Below are positions 29,979 to 39,287 of a stretch of DNA of 44,261 nt, piece after piece. Where the stretch lies: the NCBI GenBank assembly GCA_905235485.1, contig CAJOLY010000001.1:1-44261 (forward strand), read 5' to 3'. The DNA comes from an uncultured Clostridia bacterium (lineage in GTDB: Bacteria; Bacillota; Clostridia; Christensenellales; UBA1242). Position numbers and translations under genes: made by a program. The notes beneath the pieces were generated by a model, which worked only from the letters and a program-made list of their open reading frames with translations, was not told the DNA's origin and ran no database searches. Each line of letters opens with the position of its first letter. Position 1 is the first letter of the stretch.

Positions 29979-30227
29979 ATGTATAAAAGAAGTGATAAAT
30001 TATCCAAAAATCAAATGAATAGAAATTTTATTGATTTTTTAGGATTTAAGGATGTTCCTATAACTAAATTTAGAAAAAAGATTACTGAGAATGTTCCTTA
30101 TACGATTGAGTCAAGAGGAAGTCAATATTATAAAGGACATCAAAAGCGAACAAAAGTTTATGAAGTAGGAAAAATATATGATTATTTAGTTAGTGAAATT
30201 GAGAGAATTAAAAAAAACAAAGGTTAG
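29979..30227 (+). CDS. Small basic protein, possible excisionase/DNA-binding protein
   Basis: GGAG RBS; basic 82 aa ending KVYEVGKIYDYL, Xis-like by pattern only. Confidence 0.5.
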   Translation: MYKRSDKLSKNQMNRNFIDFLGFKDVPITKFRKKITENVPYTIESRGSQYYKGHQKRTKVYEVGKIYDYLVSEIERIKKNKG

Positions 30228-30502
30228 TCAATTCCTTTGTCCTCATCTTTTGAATCAAAAAAAATAAATTTATTGGTTTCATTAAGATATGACTCTCTTG
30301 CTTGTTTTGTTTTACATAGTTTAAGAGCCTCTTGAGAAGTCATAAAATTTAATCCAAGCTTAGCGCATTTTTCTTTGATTTTATCATAGTCAAGACCTTC
30401 ATATTCTGAAATATCTCCGATTAGATTGATAAAATCATCATCTCTTTTCATTTCTTCATCATAATTTTTTCTTAAAAATTTTGCGAATTCAATTTCATTC
30501 AT
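30224..30502 (-). CDS. Hypothetical protein (moron-like, own promoter)
   Basis: GAGGTG RBS before ATG 30502; minus-strand TTGACA(30550)-18-TAAAAT. Confidence 0.65.
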   Translation of the reverse strand: MNEIEFAKFLRKNYDEEMKRDDDFINLIGDISEYEGLDYDKIKEKCAKLGLNFMTSQEALKLCKTKQARESYLNETNKFIFFDSKDEDKGID

Positions 30503-30577
30503 TTTATTCACCTCAATAGTATTTTATATTTTTTGACTATTGAGTGTCAAGCAAAAAAAATATAAAGGAAAAACAAT

Positions 30578-31756
30578 ATGAACAAAGCATTAAAAATTAG
30601 TTTGATAACAATTATATCAATACTTATGGTTTTCAGTTTGCTTTCAATGGGATTATATTATTATCTCCCAGCTGTTGAGAGAAATGAAACATTTGCATTA
30701 TCAACTGACACAAATGGAAATCCATACATTGATGTCGAATATTGGTCAAACAAAGAAAATAACGGTGTTGAACTGTTAGACATTAGATTACATGGTTATG
30801 CAACAGCAGAAGATTTTGAAAAAGATGAACCAGTTACATATTATAAAGGTATTCAATTTGTTGGAGATAAACATGGTTCAATTGTTTTTGACTTTGACAC
30901 AGTATGGTCAATTAGTAATCCCTTTGGAGTAATATTTTCATCTTCGAATTATAAAACAGCTGCATATAAATCAAATGTAAAGGCATATTACTATGACTCA
31001 CAAAACAATATCAATTTTAAATCATTCAATGAATTAACAGATGAATATCGTTTTAAAGTTTCTGTTGAAAGTGGAGAAAATACAGGTTTGTATTTCTTAA
31101 AACTGTTGGGACAAAAAGTTGATTCAAGTGATACTTTTCTTTGGCATACTGATTATTATTGCACAAATTTTGATTTGATGTATTTATCAAACAAAATACT
31201 TGAAACAGCAAGAGCAAACAGTGAAGGAAATGATTACACAGGAACACTTTCTATTGATGTAGGCACAATGTTTGATTATATGAAATATTCAGAACATGCT
31301 AGTGAACAAAAATGGGCCTCAACAATAAACAAAGAAACAGGAAAGGTTGAAACTTTCTTGCAAGAGTTTGCACTTGTTAATTTCACAGTTCATAGTGATG
31401 GTGCAAAATTTGCTAGTGATAGTATGTTTGGAATTATTGCTGATAGTTCAGATTTTGAATATGTTAATCCAGATATTAAAAACACATATCTTTTGGGAAA
31501 ACAAGTTGTTGAACTTACTGAAAAGAATTTCACAATAGCTGAAACAAAACTTGACTTTACAAACAGAACTAAAACATTTTTAGATAATAACAATTTGAAT
31601 ATATCAATCTTGATTGATTTAGACAGTTTGAATATGCAAGACATTGAATATAACGGATTTTCTGAAACTGTTAAGACATATTCAAAAAGAATAACATCAA
31701 TCACATTAAAGCAAACAGTGAATGGCACAACAATATATAGTGAGGTGGAACTATGA
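30578..31756 (+). CDS. N-terminally anchored membrane protein (candidate structural protein)
   Basis: Basic N-terminus plus one TM helix, then a beta-rich-looking ectodomain; AAGGA RBS. Confidence 0.75.
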   Translation: MNKALKISLITIISILMVFSLLSMGLYYYLPAVERNETFALSTDTNGNPYIDVEYWSNKENNGVELLDIRLHGYATAEDFEKDEPVTYYKGIQFVGDKHGSIVFDFDTVWSISNPFGVIFSSSNYKTAAYKSNVKAYYYDSQNNINFKSFNELTDEYRFKVSVESGENTGLYFLKLLGQKVDSSDTFLWHTDYYCTNFDLMYLSNKILETARANSEGNDYTGTLSIDVGTMFDYMKYSEHASEQKWASTINKETGKVETFLQEFALVNFTVHSDGAKFASDSMFGIIADSSDFEYVNPDIKNTYLLGKQVVELTEKNFTIAETKLDFTNRTKTFLDNNNLNISILIDLDSLNMQDIEYNGFSETVKTYSKRITSITLKQTVNGTTIYSEVEL

Positions 31757-32412
31757 CAGAACTTTTAGGAATATTTGGAGATACAGTTTCAACACTTAAA
31801 ACAATAATAGCTTTGATGGTTGTTATTGGAATAATATTTCTTTTGATATATATCAAAGAAATGCGACCTGTTATATTGGTCATTCTAGGTGTTGTTATTC
31901 TTGCAGGTGGAATTGGTGCAACAGTGCAAAATGTGAAGTATTTCAATGCTAGCAACAAAACAATTGGAGAAGTTTTGAACAGTACACTTCACACAACACA
32001 TTTTGTTAAGCAAAATGAAAATGTTTTTGAACTTAACACATTAGGATTTAAACAAGTTGATGAAAACACATACATCACAGAATATCAAATTGCACAAGTT
32101 ACAAATCTTGATCTGAAAAATCAAAAATATACATTAAAAGTCAATGATTATAGATGTTTTTCAAATGTGCAAGACGGACAAAACAATTCAATGGAATCAA
32201 AGTTTACATACACATTCTATGACAATGACAAAGAAGAAATTTTGACAGATACATTAAGTATAACATTTGTGTTCAATGAAAAATCAACAACAATACTTCT
32301 TCAAACAAAAGGTGGAGAACAAGCAAAGGAATTATGGAAAGCATTTGAAAGAAAGAATGGAATGAATATCACATTTGATAACTCAACAATAGATGAAATA
32401 TATTTAGGATAA
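31753..32412 (+). CDS. Two-TM membrane protein (candidate structural/matrix protein)
   Basis: Two N-terminal hydrophobic helices; ATGA overlap with the upstream gene; GAGGTG RBS. Confidence 0.75.
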   Translation: MTELLGIFGDTVSTLKTIIALMVVIGIIFLLIYIKEMRPVILVILGVVILAGGIGATVQNVKYFNASNKTIGEVLNSTLHTTHFVKQNENVFELNTLGFKQVDENTYITEYQIAQVTNLDLKNQKYTLKVNDYRCFSNVQDGQNNSMESKFTYTFYDNDKEEILTDTLSITFVFNEKSTTILLQTKGGEQAKELWKAFERKNGMNITFDNSTIDEIYLG

Positions 32413-32414
32413 AA

Positions 32415-32552
32415 ATGAAAAAGGAATGGTTAATGTTTATGGATATAGAATTTATCAGATATGTTAGATGGTGTAGAACTTATAATTTAAAACCAAATGA
32501 TTTAAGCAATTTAAATTATTATGCAAAATTTATTGGAGGTAAACATGAATAA
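32415..32552 (+). CDS. Small protein not in the ORF track (45 aa, MKKEWLMFMDIEFIRYVRWCRTYNLKP...)
   Basis: Fills the gap, starting 2 nt after the upstream stop and overlapping the downstream start. Confidence 0.6.
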   Translation: MKKEWLMFMDIEFIRYVRWCRTYNLKPNDLSNLNYYAKFIGGKHE

Positions 32553-32766
32553 TAATCTTCCAGAAGTTTTGAAAATTGTGTTGTTTTCAAAAGATTATAA
32601 CTTATTGACAAAAGATGAAAAACTTGAGGCAATAAAGCTTGCACTAGGTTCAAATAAAGAGGAAATGTATATTGCAAAATTTGATCATAATTATGGAGCT
32701 ATACAAAAGATAAAAAGAGAAAATGAAATTTTAAATAAACTTGCTATGGAGATAAGAAATGAATAA
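32545..32766 (+). CDS. Hypothetical protein (73 aa)
   Basis: GGAGGT RBS before ATG 32545. Confidence 0.65.
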   Translation: MNNNLPEVLKIVLFSKDYNLLTKDEKLEAIKLALGSNKEEMYIAKFDHNYGAIQKIKRENEILNKLAMEIRNE

Positions 32767-32974
32767 TGTAAAGAATAATTGCTTAGATCTTCAAAACAAG
32801 CAATTTAATTTATATAAGAAATTATTAAAAGAATGTGATAGTTCAATGATAACTTATTCAAAAGATTTAGGCTTGTATATATTAGTTTTTTATAAGAATA
32901 GTGCTCCAAAATTTAAATTTTGTTTTAAAACTAAGCAAGTTGCTGAAGTTTTTAGAGATAAAATATTCTCATAA
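32759..32974 (+). CDS. Hypothetical protein
   Basis: GGAG RBS; overlaps the upstream stop. Confidence 0.6.
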   Translation: MNNVKNNCLDLQNKQFNLYKKLLKECDSSMITYSKDLGLYILVFYKNSAPKFKFCFKTKQVAEVFRDKIFS

Positions 32975-32981
32975 AAATTTT

Positions 32982-33040
32982 AATAAAAGTATGGAAATTT
33001 TGCGAACTTGGAATTTTGATTCCCGTTCCATACTTTTATT
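32982..33040. other. Long stem-loop (terminator or structured RNA/ssDNA)
   Basis: 15-bp perfect arms AATAAAAGTATGGAA / TTCCATACTTTTATT with an inner GGAAT/ATTCC hairpin. Confidence 0.6.
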
Positions 33041-33160
33041 CCTTATTGATTTAAAGTGACATTTTTAGGTTTTTCATATTTATTTGCCTCCTTTATATAA
33101 TATATGAAATTTTGAGGGAGCTCACAGCTTCAAGTTCGCACCAATATAAGAGGAAACATT

Positions 33161-33325
33161 ATGGATGATATAAAAAGATATATGAGAGAACAGGAAAAGA
33201 TATATAAACAAAAGATTGCATTAGAAAAATCAATAATTGAATATAACAACAAGCGAAAATCTTTATTTAATGTAGCTTTAATTGAATTATTACATAAACC
33301 AAAACAAAAAGGAGAAAAAATATGA
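33161..33325 (+). CDS. Small basic helical protein not in the ORF track (54 aa)
   Basis: AAGAGGA RBS; MDDIKRYMREQEKIYKQKIALEKS... Confidence 0.55.
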   Translation: MDDIKRYMREQEKIYKQKIALEKSIIEYNNKRKSLFNVALIELLHKPKQKGEKI

Positions 33326-33435
33326 GAAAAATCGAATATTTTAGTGGTTTTCTTTAGAAAAAATAAAAAATAAAGAAAACAAGGGGAATAAGGAATAAAA
33401 GAAAAAAATAGGGGGAATAGGTATGAGGAGATAAA

Positions 33436-36249
33436 ATGGTAGTATTTAGAGCAATTTATAAAACGCTTGTGGCCTTAATTATAGTGGCAGTAATAGCTGC
33501 TGGAACTATCTTGGCTGTGCCACAATGGAGAGATCCAGCAATAGATTGGGTCGCAGAGCATTCAAAGTTATATCAAACAACAGTTGATAGTAACGATGAA
33601 TTAACAGAAGAAACTATAGCTCAATCAGAAGAGATTGAGATATTAACAGGAGAAAAAGCTGATTTAATAGCACAGTTAATTTTAGCAAATGATGACAAAG
33701 AATATATACAAGCATTGTATGATTTGCTAGCTAGTGAAAGAGCAGCAAAGGCACAACTTCAAGCAAGGCTTGAGGCTGAGATTGCTGAAAAAGAAAGTTT
33801 GCAAGAACAATTAGATTCAGCAAACACAAATATCGAAGTTGCAAGAGCTGTGCTTGATGAAAAAAATGCAAGTATTTCATTATTGCAATCAGAAATTGCG
33901 GAAAAGAATGCAACAATAGAAAGTTTAAATTCTAGTCTTGCAAGTAAAACTGCAGAGGCAGAGGAATATAAACAACAAGTTATTGCATTAGGTGGCGAAC
34001 TTGAAACATTGCAATCATTTAAATATGGTAAGTATGTTTGGAGTGAGGAAGTGCCAGATGGCACATTTGAAGATGTGTTTGTTGAAGTACAGAACAACGG
34101 AAAAGTTAAATTTTATTTCGATAGTGAAAATTTTGCGTTGTTTGATTATGTACAAAATGAAAACAGAATTACAGTAAATTTTGTTGAAGATAACGAAGTA
34201 CATCCAATTGAATTTGTATTGACAAGTAATGCAAGCTTTGAGAGTACTGACGAAGATACCCCAATGTCATTTGTATATTGTGATGAAACACTTGAAAGTG
34301 TACTTGAATCAAGACAAATATTGCAAGAAGAATTAAGAGGTGTTGAAAGTGATAAATCAGTTCTTGAATTAGAAGTTGAAAGTTTAAATTCTCAAGTTAC
34401 ATCACTTAATAGTCAATTAAGTGAAATTACTACTCAAAGAGATTCTTTGCAATCTGAATTAGCAACTGCAAATTCAAATATTTCAAGTCTTAATCAAGAA
34501 TTGTCTGTTGCAAATTCTAGCATTCAGACATTAACACAACAAGTTAATACTTTAAATACTGACAAAATTGCATTAACAAATTTAATTAGCACTTTAGAAG
34601 GCGAAAAATTAGGGCTAGAAACAAGGATATCAGAACTTGAATCTGAACTTGAAACGTTTGAACAATACACGTTAAGTATTGACCAAACAAACCCTGTTGA
34701 AACAATTATTATTACTGATAGCAAACTTAACACAGTTGCTTCTGTACAAGATGTGTCAATATCTCAAATTACATTGTATACTTGGCAAACTATTATTGTT
34801 AAGTATGCTAGCCAAAATAACAAAAACATTGTTGCAATGTTAAATGGAGTTAGTACTGGTTCTAACACTGTAACAATAAGTGGCGAAGGTAAACATACTT
34901 ATAGTATTACAAGTTTTGACGAGTATTTAAGTGATTTTAAATCAGATATTTCAAACGCTGGTGAAATTACGTTAACACACAATGTTGTGTTAGATACTGA
35001 AATTGAAATTACTGAAGATACAACTATTGATTTGAATGGTCACGCAATATACGGTGCAAATATCAATGGTGCAGTATTCAAAGTTATGCCGGGTGTAACA
35101 TTAACACTTTATGGTGATGGTAGTGTTGTTGGCGGTAGTGGTGCAGATTGTAGAGCTGTAGAAGTACAAGGTACACTTAATGTTTATGATGGTAATTATT
35201 TTGTAGGACCGGATGCTGACGGTTATGGTAATTCAACAATATATGCTTCAGCAAATAATGCAGTTGTAAATATTTATGGCGGACATTTTGAGTCCGCGGC
35301 TGCTTGGAATAACTTTTATTATGTACTTAATGTTAAAAATTCAGTTAATGCAACAGTTAATGTTTATGGTGGTGAGTTTGTAAATTACGACCCATCAGTT
35401 GGCGATGATAATCTAGGTGGTAATTTTGTTGCTGAAGGTTATGAAGTTATCCAAGATGGTGACTGTTATATTGTTGAAGAAATATATACAGAAATACAAA
35501 CAGTGTTAGAAGATGGAATATATCATATAAAAAATATTCCACAGGGTTCAGCAGATTTAAAAGATATAGTTTTTACAATCGAAAATGGCGAAATTAGTGA
35601 ATACAAATATGAGCTTGGAATATGGTTATCTGACAGTTCAATAGAAACTTTTACTCAGACAAGGGATGAAAACCTTATTGAGGTAACGTACACTGGTCAT
35701 GGTATTTTAAAAGGTAATTTTCACGTTGATATAATTGATGAAACTACATTTAATGCCTTTGGCTTTACATTTGCTTTAGATGGAACAGAAAAAGCAACAT
35801 CAATACTAGCATATTCATTTGGTAATGGATGGGTAGATTTATTTGAGGACGGAACGGGTGTTATTAGTTTTTCTGAAACAAACCTTTTTGGCTCATTTAA
35901 ATACACAATAGATGAAAATAACAGAATTGATGCTGTTTCTATTGATGGAAGTGAATTTACGTGCGTTTTGGATGCAGATTATGAATATGCTTCGTTTCTT
36001 GGTGTAAGATTCGGCAGAATATCGGAAAGTGCAATAGCAAGCCCAAGTGAACGAGCAGGTTTATATGTAAATAGCCAAGGAAACGGTGGTTTAGTTATCT
36101 ATTTAGATGGTAGTATTGGTATGTATGGTATGAGAAAATTTACAGCTGAAGAGATACCATATATTCAATGGGTGAACTATTTAACATTTGAATTTGATGG
36201 AAATTATTTTGTTAAATACAATGTATTTACACAACAAGTGTACCAATAA
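33436..36249 (+). CDS. Large membrane-anchored coiled-coil protein with beta-helix-like and beta-rich head domains (spike/adhesin candidate)
   Basis: N-terminal TM; two heptad coiled coils; TIDLNGH..VNIYGGHF..VNVYGGEF repeats; GAGGAG RBS. Confidence 0.8.
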   Translation: MVVFRAIYKTLVALIIVAVIAAGTILAVPQWRDPAIDWVAEHSKLYQTTVDSNDELTEETIAQSEEIEILTGEKADLIAQLILANDDKEYIQALYDLLASERAAKAQLQARLEAEIAEKESLQEQLDSANTNIEVARAVLDEKNASISLLQSEIAEKNATIESLNSSLASKTAEAEEYKQQVIALGGELETLQSFKYGKYVWSEEVPDGTFEDVFVEVQNNGKVKFYFDSENFALFDYVQNENRITVNFVEDNEVHPIEFVLTSNASFESTDEDTPMSFVYCDETLESVLESRQILQEELRGVESDKSVLELEVESLNSQVTSLNSQLSEITTQRDSLQSELATANSNISSLNQELSVANSSIQTLTQQVNTLNTDKIALTNLISTLEGEKLGLETRISELESELETFEQYTLSIDQTNPVETIIITDSKLNTVASVQDVSISQITLYTWQTIIVKYASQNNKNIVAMLNGVSTGSNTVTISGEGKHTYSITSFDEYLSDFKSDISNAGEITLTHNVVLDTEIEITEDTTIDLNGHAIYGANINGAVFKVMPGVTLTLYGDGSVVGGSGADCRAVEVQGTLNVYDGNYFVGPDADGYGNSTIYASANNAVVNIYGGHFESAAAWNNFYYVLNVKNSVNATVNVYGGEFVNYDPSVGDDNLGGNFVAEGYEVIQDGDCYIVEEIYTEIQTVLEDGIYHIKNIPQGSADLKDIVFTIENGEISEYKYELGIWLSDSSIETFTQTRDENLIEVTYTGHGILKGNFHVDIIDETTFNAFGFTFALDGTEKATSILAYSFGNGWVDLFEDGTGVISFSETNLFGSFKYTIDENNRIDAVSIDGSEFTCVLDADYEYASFLGVRFGRISESAIASPSERAGLYVNSQGNGGLVIYLDGSIGMYGMRKFTAEEIPYIQWVNYLTFEFDGNYFVKYNVFTQQVYQ

Positions 36250-36277
36250 AAAAAGGCAGTACATTCTGCTGCCTTTT
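36250..36277 (+). terminator. Intrinsic terminator
   Basis: AAAAGGCAGT-acattct-GCTGCCTTTT. Confidence 0.65.
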
Positions 36278-36318
36278 ACCTTTTGGGGTTTTGAAATAAA
36301 AAATTAAGAGGTAAGATT

Positions 36319-38235
36319 ATGTCAAAATGGTTAAAAATTACAATTGCAATAATATTAACAGTTGCAATTTTAGGAATGTCAATTTGGTTCATTTTCTTCA
36401 GTGGAATTTTAGATAAAACAAAGAAGTATTCATATCAAGATATTCAAGATATGTATGATGCAGGTTTTGTTGATGGTTCAAAAAGGGTAACGGATTTGCA
36501 ATTGCAAATTGATGAGTTAAATGGTCAAATTGAATTAAATTACAATAGAATTACTGAGTTGCAAGATTTAGCAAGATCCTTATCAAGTGAAAATTCTAGA
36601 ATTCCAGGTCTTGAAACTGAAATTGAAAATTTGAGAGTTGAAAAAGCTGAGTTATTAGATCTTGTTAATAGATTACAAGCTGAGTTGGAAATATATTGTA
36701 ATGATTTACCAAATAGAGTTATTGTAACATTTTATAAAGATAATAATGTATATAAAGAGTTATCAATAAGAGAAAATGGCAGTGTTTTAGTTGAAGTTCC
36801 TACTCCAATAAAAGATGGATATCTGTTTAATGGTTGGTCCTTAAATAATGAAATAATTGATATTACAACATATTCTTTTACTCAAGATGAAAGACTTGAT
36901 GCTGTTTTTGTTATAGATGATACATTATCAAATATTTTATCTAATTTAAATCATGAAAATTATTTGCATTTTAAATTGTTAGATAATAGTATTGAAAGTT
37001 ATTTTTACTTTACAAATGATAATTTAGGGTTTTATTGTAACGGATATTTCTTTGATAATATAATATTCTTAAATAATAATAGTTTTATTGGAAATTGTGT
37101 GATAAATAATGATATTTTCGAATGTCATGGCAATTACAATAGAGAGAATAAGCAATTGCAAATTACACTTAATGATATAGATTATAATTACTATTATATT
37201 GGTATTGTTGAAGATATGCATGATGATTATTTAAGATATTTAACTGTTGAGCCATCGAGTTATTTAAGCAATATGATATTGCTTTCATATGATAATAATA
37301 ATTATTTCGGATATGAATATAAACCTTTTATAAGTTATTCTTTTGAAGATATTGATGTAAACGAAGTTAAAAAAATAATATTTACTCAAGGTGTTAAGTA
37401 TGTTTCAGTTGATTTTCTTGATAATTTTGTAAATTTGACAGAGATTGATTTTTATGGAACAGCAATGCAGTGGTTTGGTCAGCATACTTTAACGGGTAGA
37501 GAATTGATTGATAATTTTAAAATCAATAAGGACACATCATACATTGTGAATTGCATCGATGGATTATATGAAATAAACAATGAAAATAAAGTTATATTAA
37601 AATTTTATGCACCAGGTAAATTGGAAGGTTACAGTAATATAACATTTGAAAATTTACTATATTATGTTGGAATAATTGATAAGAATAATTTGTATTTAGA
37701 TGAAGTTAATGCTCCAAATAAACAAGGATATAATTTTGTTGGATGGAGTGATGGCCAGAATATTATTGATTTTTACACATATAGTTTTGATTCAAGTACA
37801 AATTTATATGCAGAATATGAACAAATACCAATGCCTGATGGAAAATATAGAATTAGTTGTGAAGAAGTTATAGAATATGGTGAAAATTCTTCAAGACTAA
37901 CAGGAAATGTAACTTTTATCGTTGAAAATGGCCAATATTCAATTGATAGTAGTGCAAATAATTATGTTGTAGTTGAAACTTTGTCAGGTAGAGGAATTTA
38001 TGTTGAGGGTACATATTCAAATTGTCGTTTTCAAATAAATTCAATAAATCAAGTTTCAAATTCATTAAGTATTAGTGCATCAGAAGTTGGTTTTAGCATT
38101 CAATTTTGTTATTGCACAGATGAAAGTACATTAAATACACGATATTTTAATGTTTCAAATAAAATTACAGACAATTGGTATTATACAAACATTTCTCATT
38201 CAAATGTAAATTTGGAAGTAATTGATTTGTATTAA
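36319..38235 (+). CDS. Membrane-anchored coiled-coil protein with two InlB-B (Flg_new) repeats (spike/adhesin candidate)
   Basis: N-terminal TM; coiled coil; PTPIKDGYLFNGWS and APNKQGYNFVGWS repeats. Confidence 0.8.
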   Translation: MSKWLKITIAIILTVAILGMSIWFIFFSGILDKTKKYSYQDIQDMYDAGFVDGSKRVTDLQLQIDELNGQIELNYNRITELQDLARSLSSENSRIPGLETEIENLRVEKAELLDLVNRLQAELEIYCNDLPNRVIVTFYKDNNVYKELSIRENGSVLVEVPTPIKDGYLFNGWSLNNEIIDITTYSFTQDERLDAVFVIDDTLSNILSNLNHENYLHFKLLDNSIESYFYFTNDNLGFYCNGYFFDNIIFLNNNSFIGNCVINNDIFECHGNYNRENKQLQITLNDIDYNYYYIGIVEDMHDDYLRYLTVEPSSYLSNMILLSYDNNNYFGYEYKPFISYSFEDIDVNEVKKIIFTQGVKYVSVDFLDNFVNLTEIDFYGTAMQWFGQHTLTGRELIDNFKINKDTSYIVNCIDGLYEINNENKVILKFYAPGKLEGYSNITFENLLYYVGIIDKNNLYLDEVNAPNKQGYNFVGWSDGQNIIDFYTYSFDSSTNLYAEYEQIPMPDGKYRISCEEVIEYGENSSRLTGNVTFIVENGQYSIDSSANNYVVVETLSGRGIYVEGTYSNCRFQINSINQVSNSLSISASEVGFSIQFCYCTDESTLNTRYFNVSNKITDNWYYTNISHSNVNLEVIDLY

Positions 38236-38350
38236 ATTTTCCCGTAGCTTTAGTAAAAGTTACGGACTAGTAGTGTAGCTATAGATACACTATGTAAATA
38301 TTGATAAGTTGCAAATTATCAATATGAAGTAAAACAAGGAGAAAAATGAA

Positions 38351-38650
38351 ATGGCAAAGAAGAATACTTGGGGAACAAAGGTAACAACACAAAAAGGTAA
38401 AAAAATTACACTTTTAAATCCACAAGAGAAAAGACAAAAATTTTTTCAGGAAAGATTGACAAATACTCATTTGACAAATGATATGATTTGCAAAACAGAC
38501 AAAGCAGGTAATTGTAAACCATTGACTGATACTGAAGCTGCATATAGAAGTGGATATGAAAGAGCAATTAAAGATCAAAACAGATTATATAGAGCAAAGC
38601 ATCCAAAATATGTATCAAAGTATCCTGAAAATATCAAAGCAAAAAACTAA
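38351..38650 (+). CDS. Basic hypothetical protein
   Basis: AAGGAG RBS; Lys/Arg-rich 99 aa. Confidence 0.75.
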   Translation: MAKKNTWGTKVTTQKGKKITLLNPQEKRQKFFQERLTNTHLTNDMICKTDKAGNCKPLTDTEAAYRSGYERAIKDQNRLYRAKHPKYVSKYPENIKAKN

Positions 38651-38835
38651 TACAAGTGATAAAAATATGGTAGACGAAATTTAGATCGGGTTAAGAAAAT
38701 AAAAAAAGGAAGTTGAAAAACTTCCACTAAAATGTATTACCATTTTTTATCGATTTACAAGTAAATTACTTGTATATAAATATTATATTTATAAAAACAA
38801 AAAAGTCAACAAAAATATTCAATTCGGAGAAAAAT

Positions 38836-39057
38836 ATGTGTTGTATAAGTAAAAAAGTAAAAGAAAAGGCTTTAAAAACTAGTCAAAAGCAATTAAAAGA
38901 AGAATATATGGCCAGTGAAGAAAAGCTGAAGTTTTATCATTTTACTGCACAAAAGAAATTATTGAATGATGAATTAAAAAAACATAGAGTGCTTGAAAAA
39001 GCAATGATGTATCAGCATACAAAAAGATATGCAAAAAAGATTAAGGGAGCGACATAA
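38836..39057 (+). CDS. Basic hypothetical protein (73 aa)
   Basis: GGAG RBS before ATG 38836. Confidence 0.6.
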   Translation: MCCISKKVKEKALKTSQKQLKEEYMASEEKLKFYHFTAQKKLLNDELKKHRVLEKAMMYQHTKRYAKKIKGAT

Positions 39058-39287
39058 TGGCTTATAAACCTTATTCAAGAGAACAGAAACAAGAATATGC
39101 AAAGAAATTTAGTGATATAGAGCGAAAAGCATATCTTGCCGGGAAAAGACAAGGATTTTTAGAGGGAGTTCATAAACCACCTTTAAAAAAGAAATCAGAG
39201 TTTATATCACATGATTATTTAGGTATAGACTTAAATAAAGAACTTTTTGATGATATAGACAAAGTCGATATTTTTAAAAGAAGATAA
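39057..39287 (+). CDS. Basic hypothetical protein
   Basis: GGGAG RBS; TAATG overlap; AYLAGKRQGF motif. Confidence 0.7.
   Translation: MAYKPYSREQKQEYAKKFSDIERKAYLAGKRQGFLEGVHKPPLKKKSEFISHDYLGIDLNKELFDDIDKVDIFKRR

Noticed and set aside
33436-38235. Diversity-generating retroelement or shufflon acting on the adhesin genes
   Set aside because: No reverse transcriptase, invertase or near-identical template/variable repeats seen
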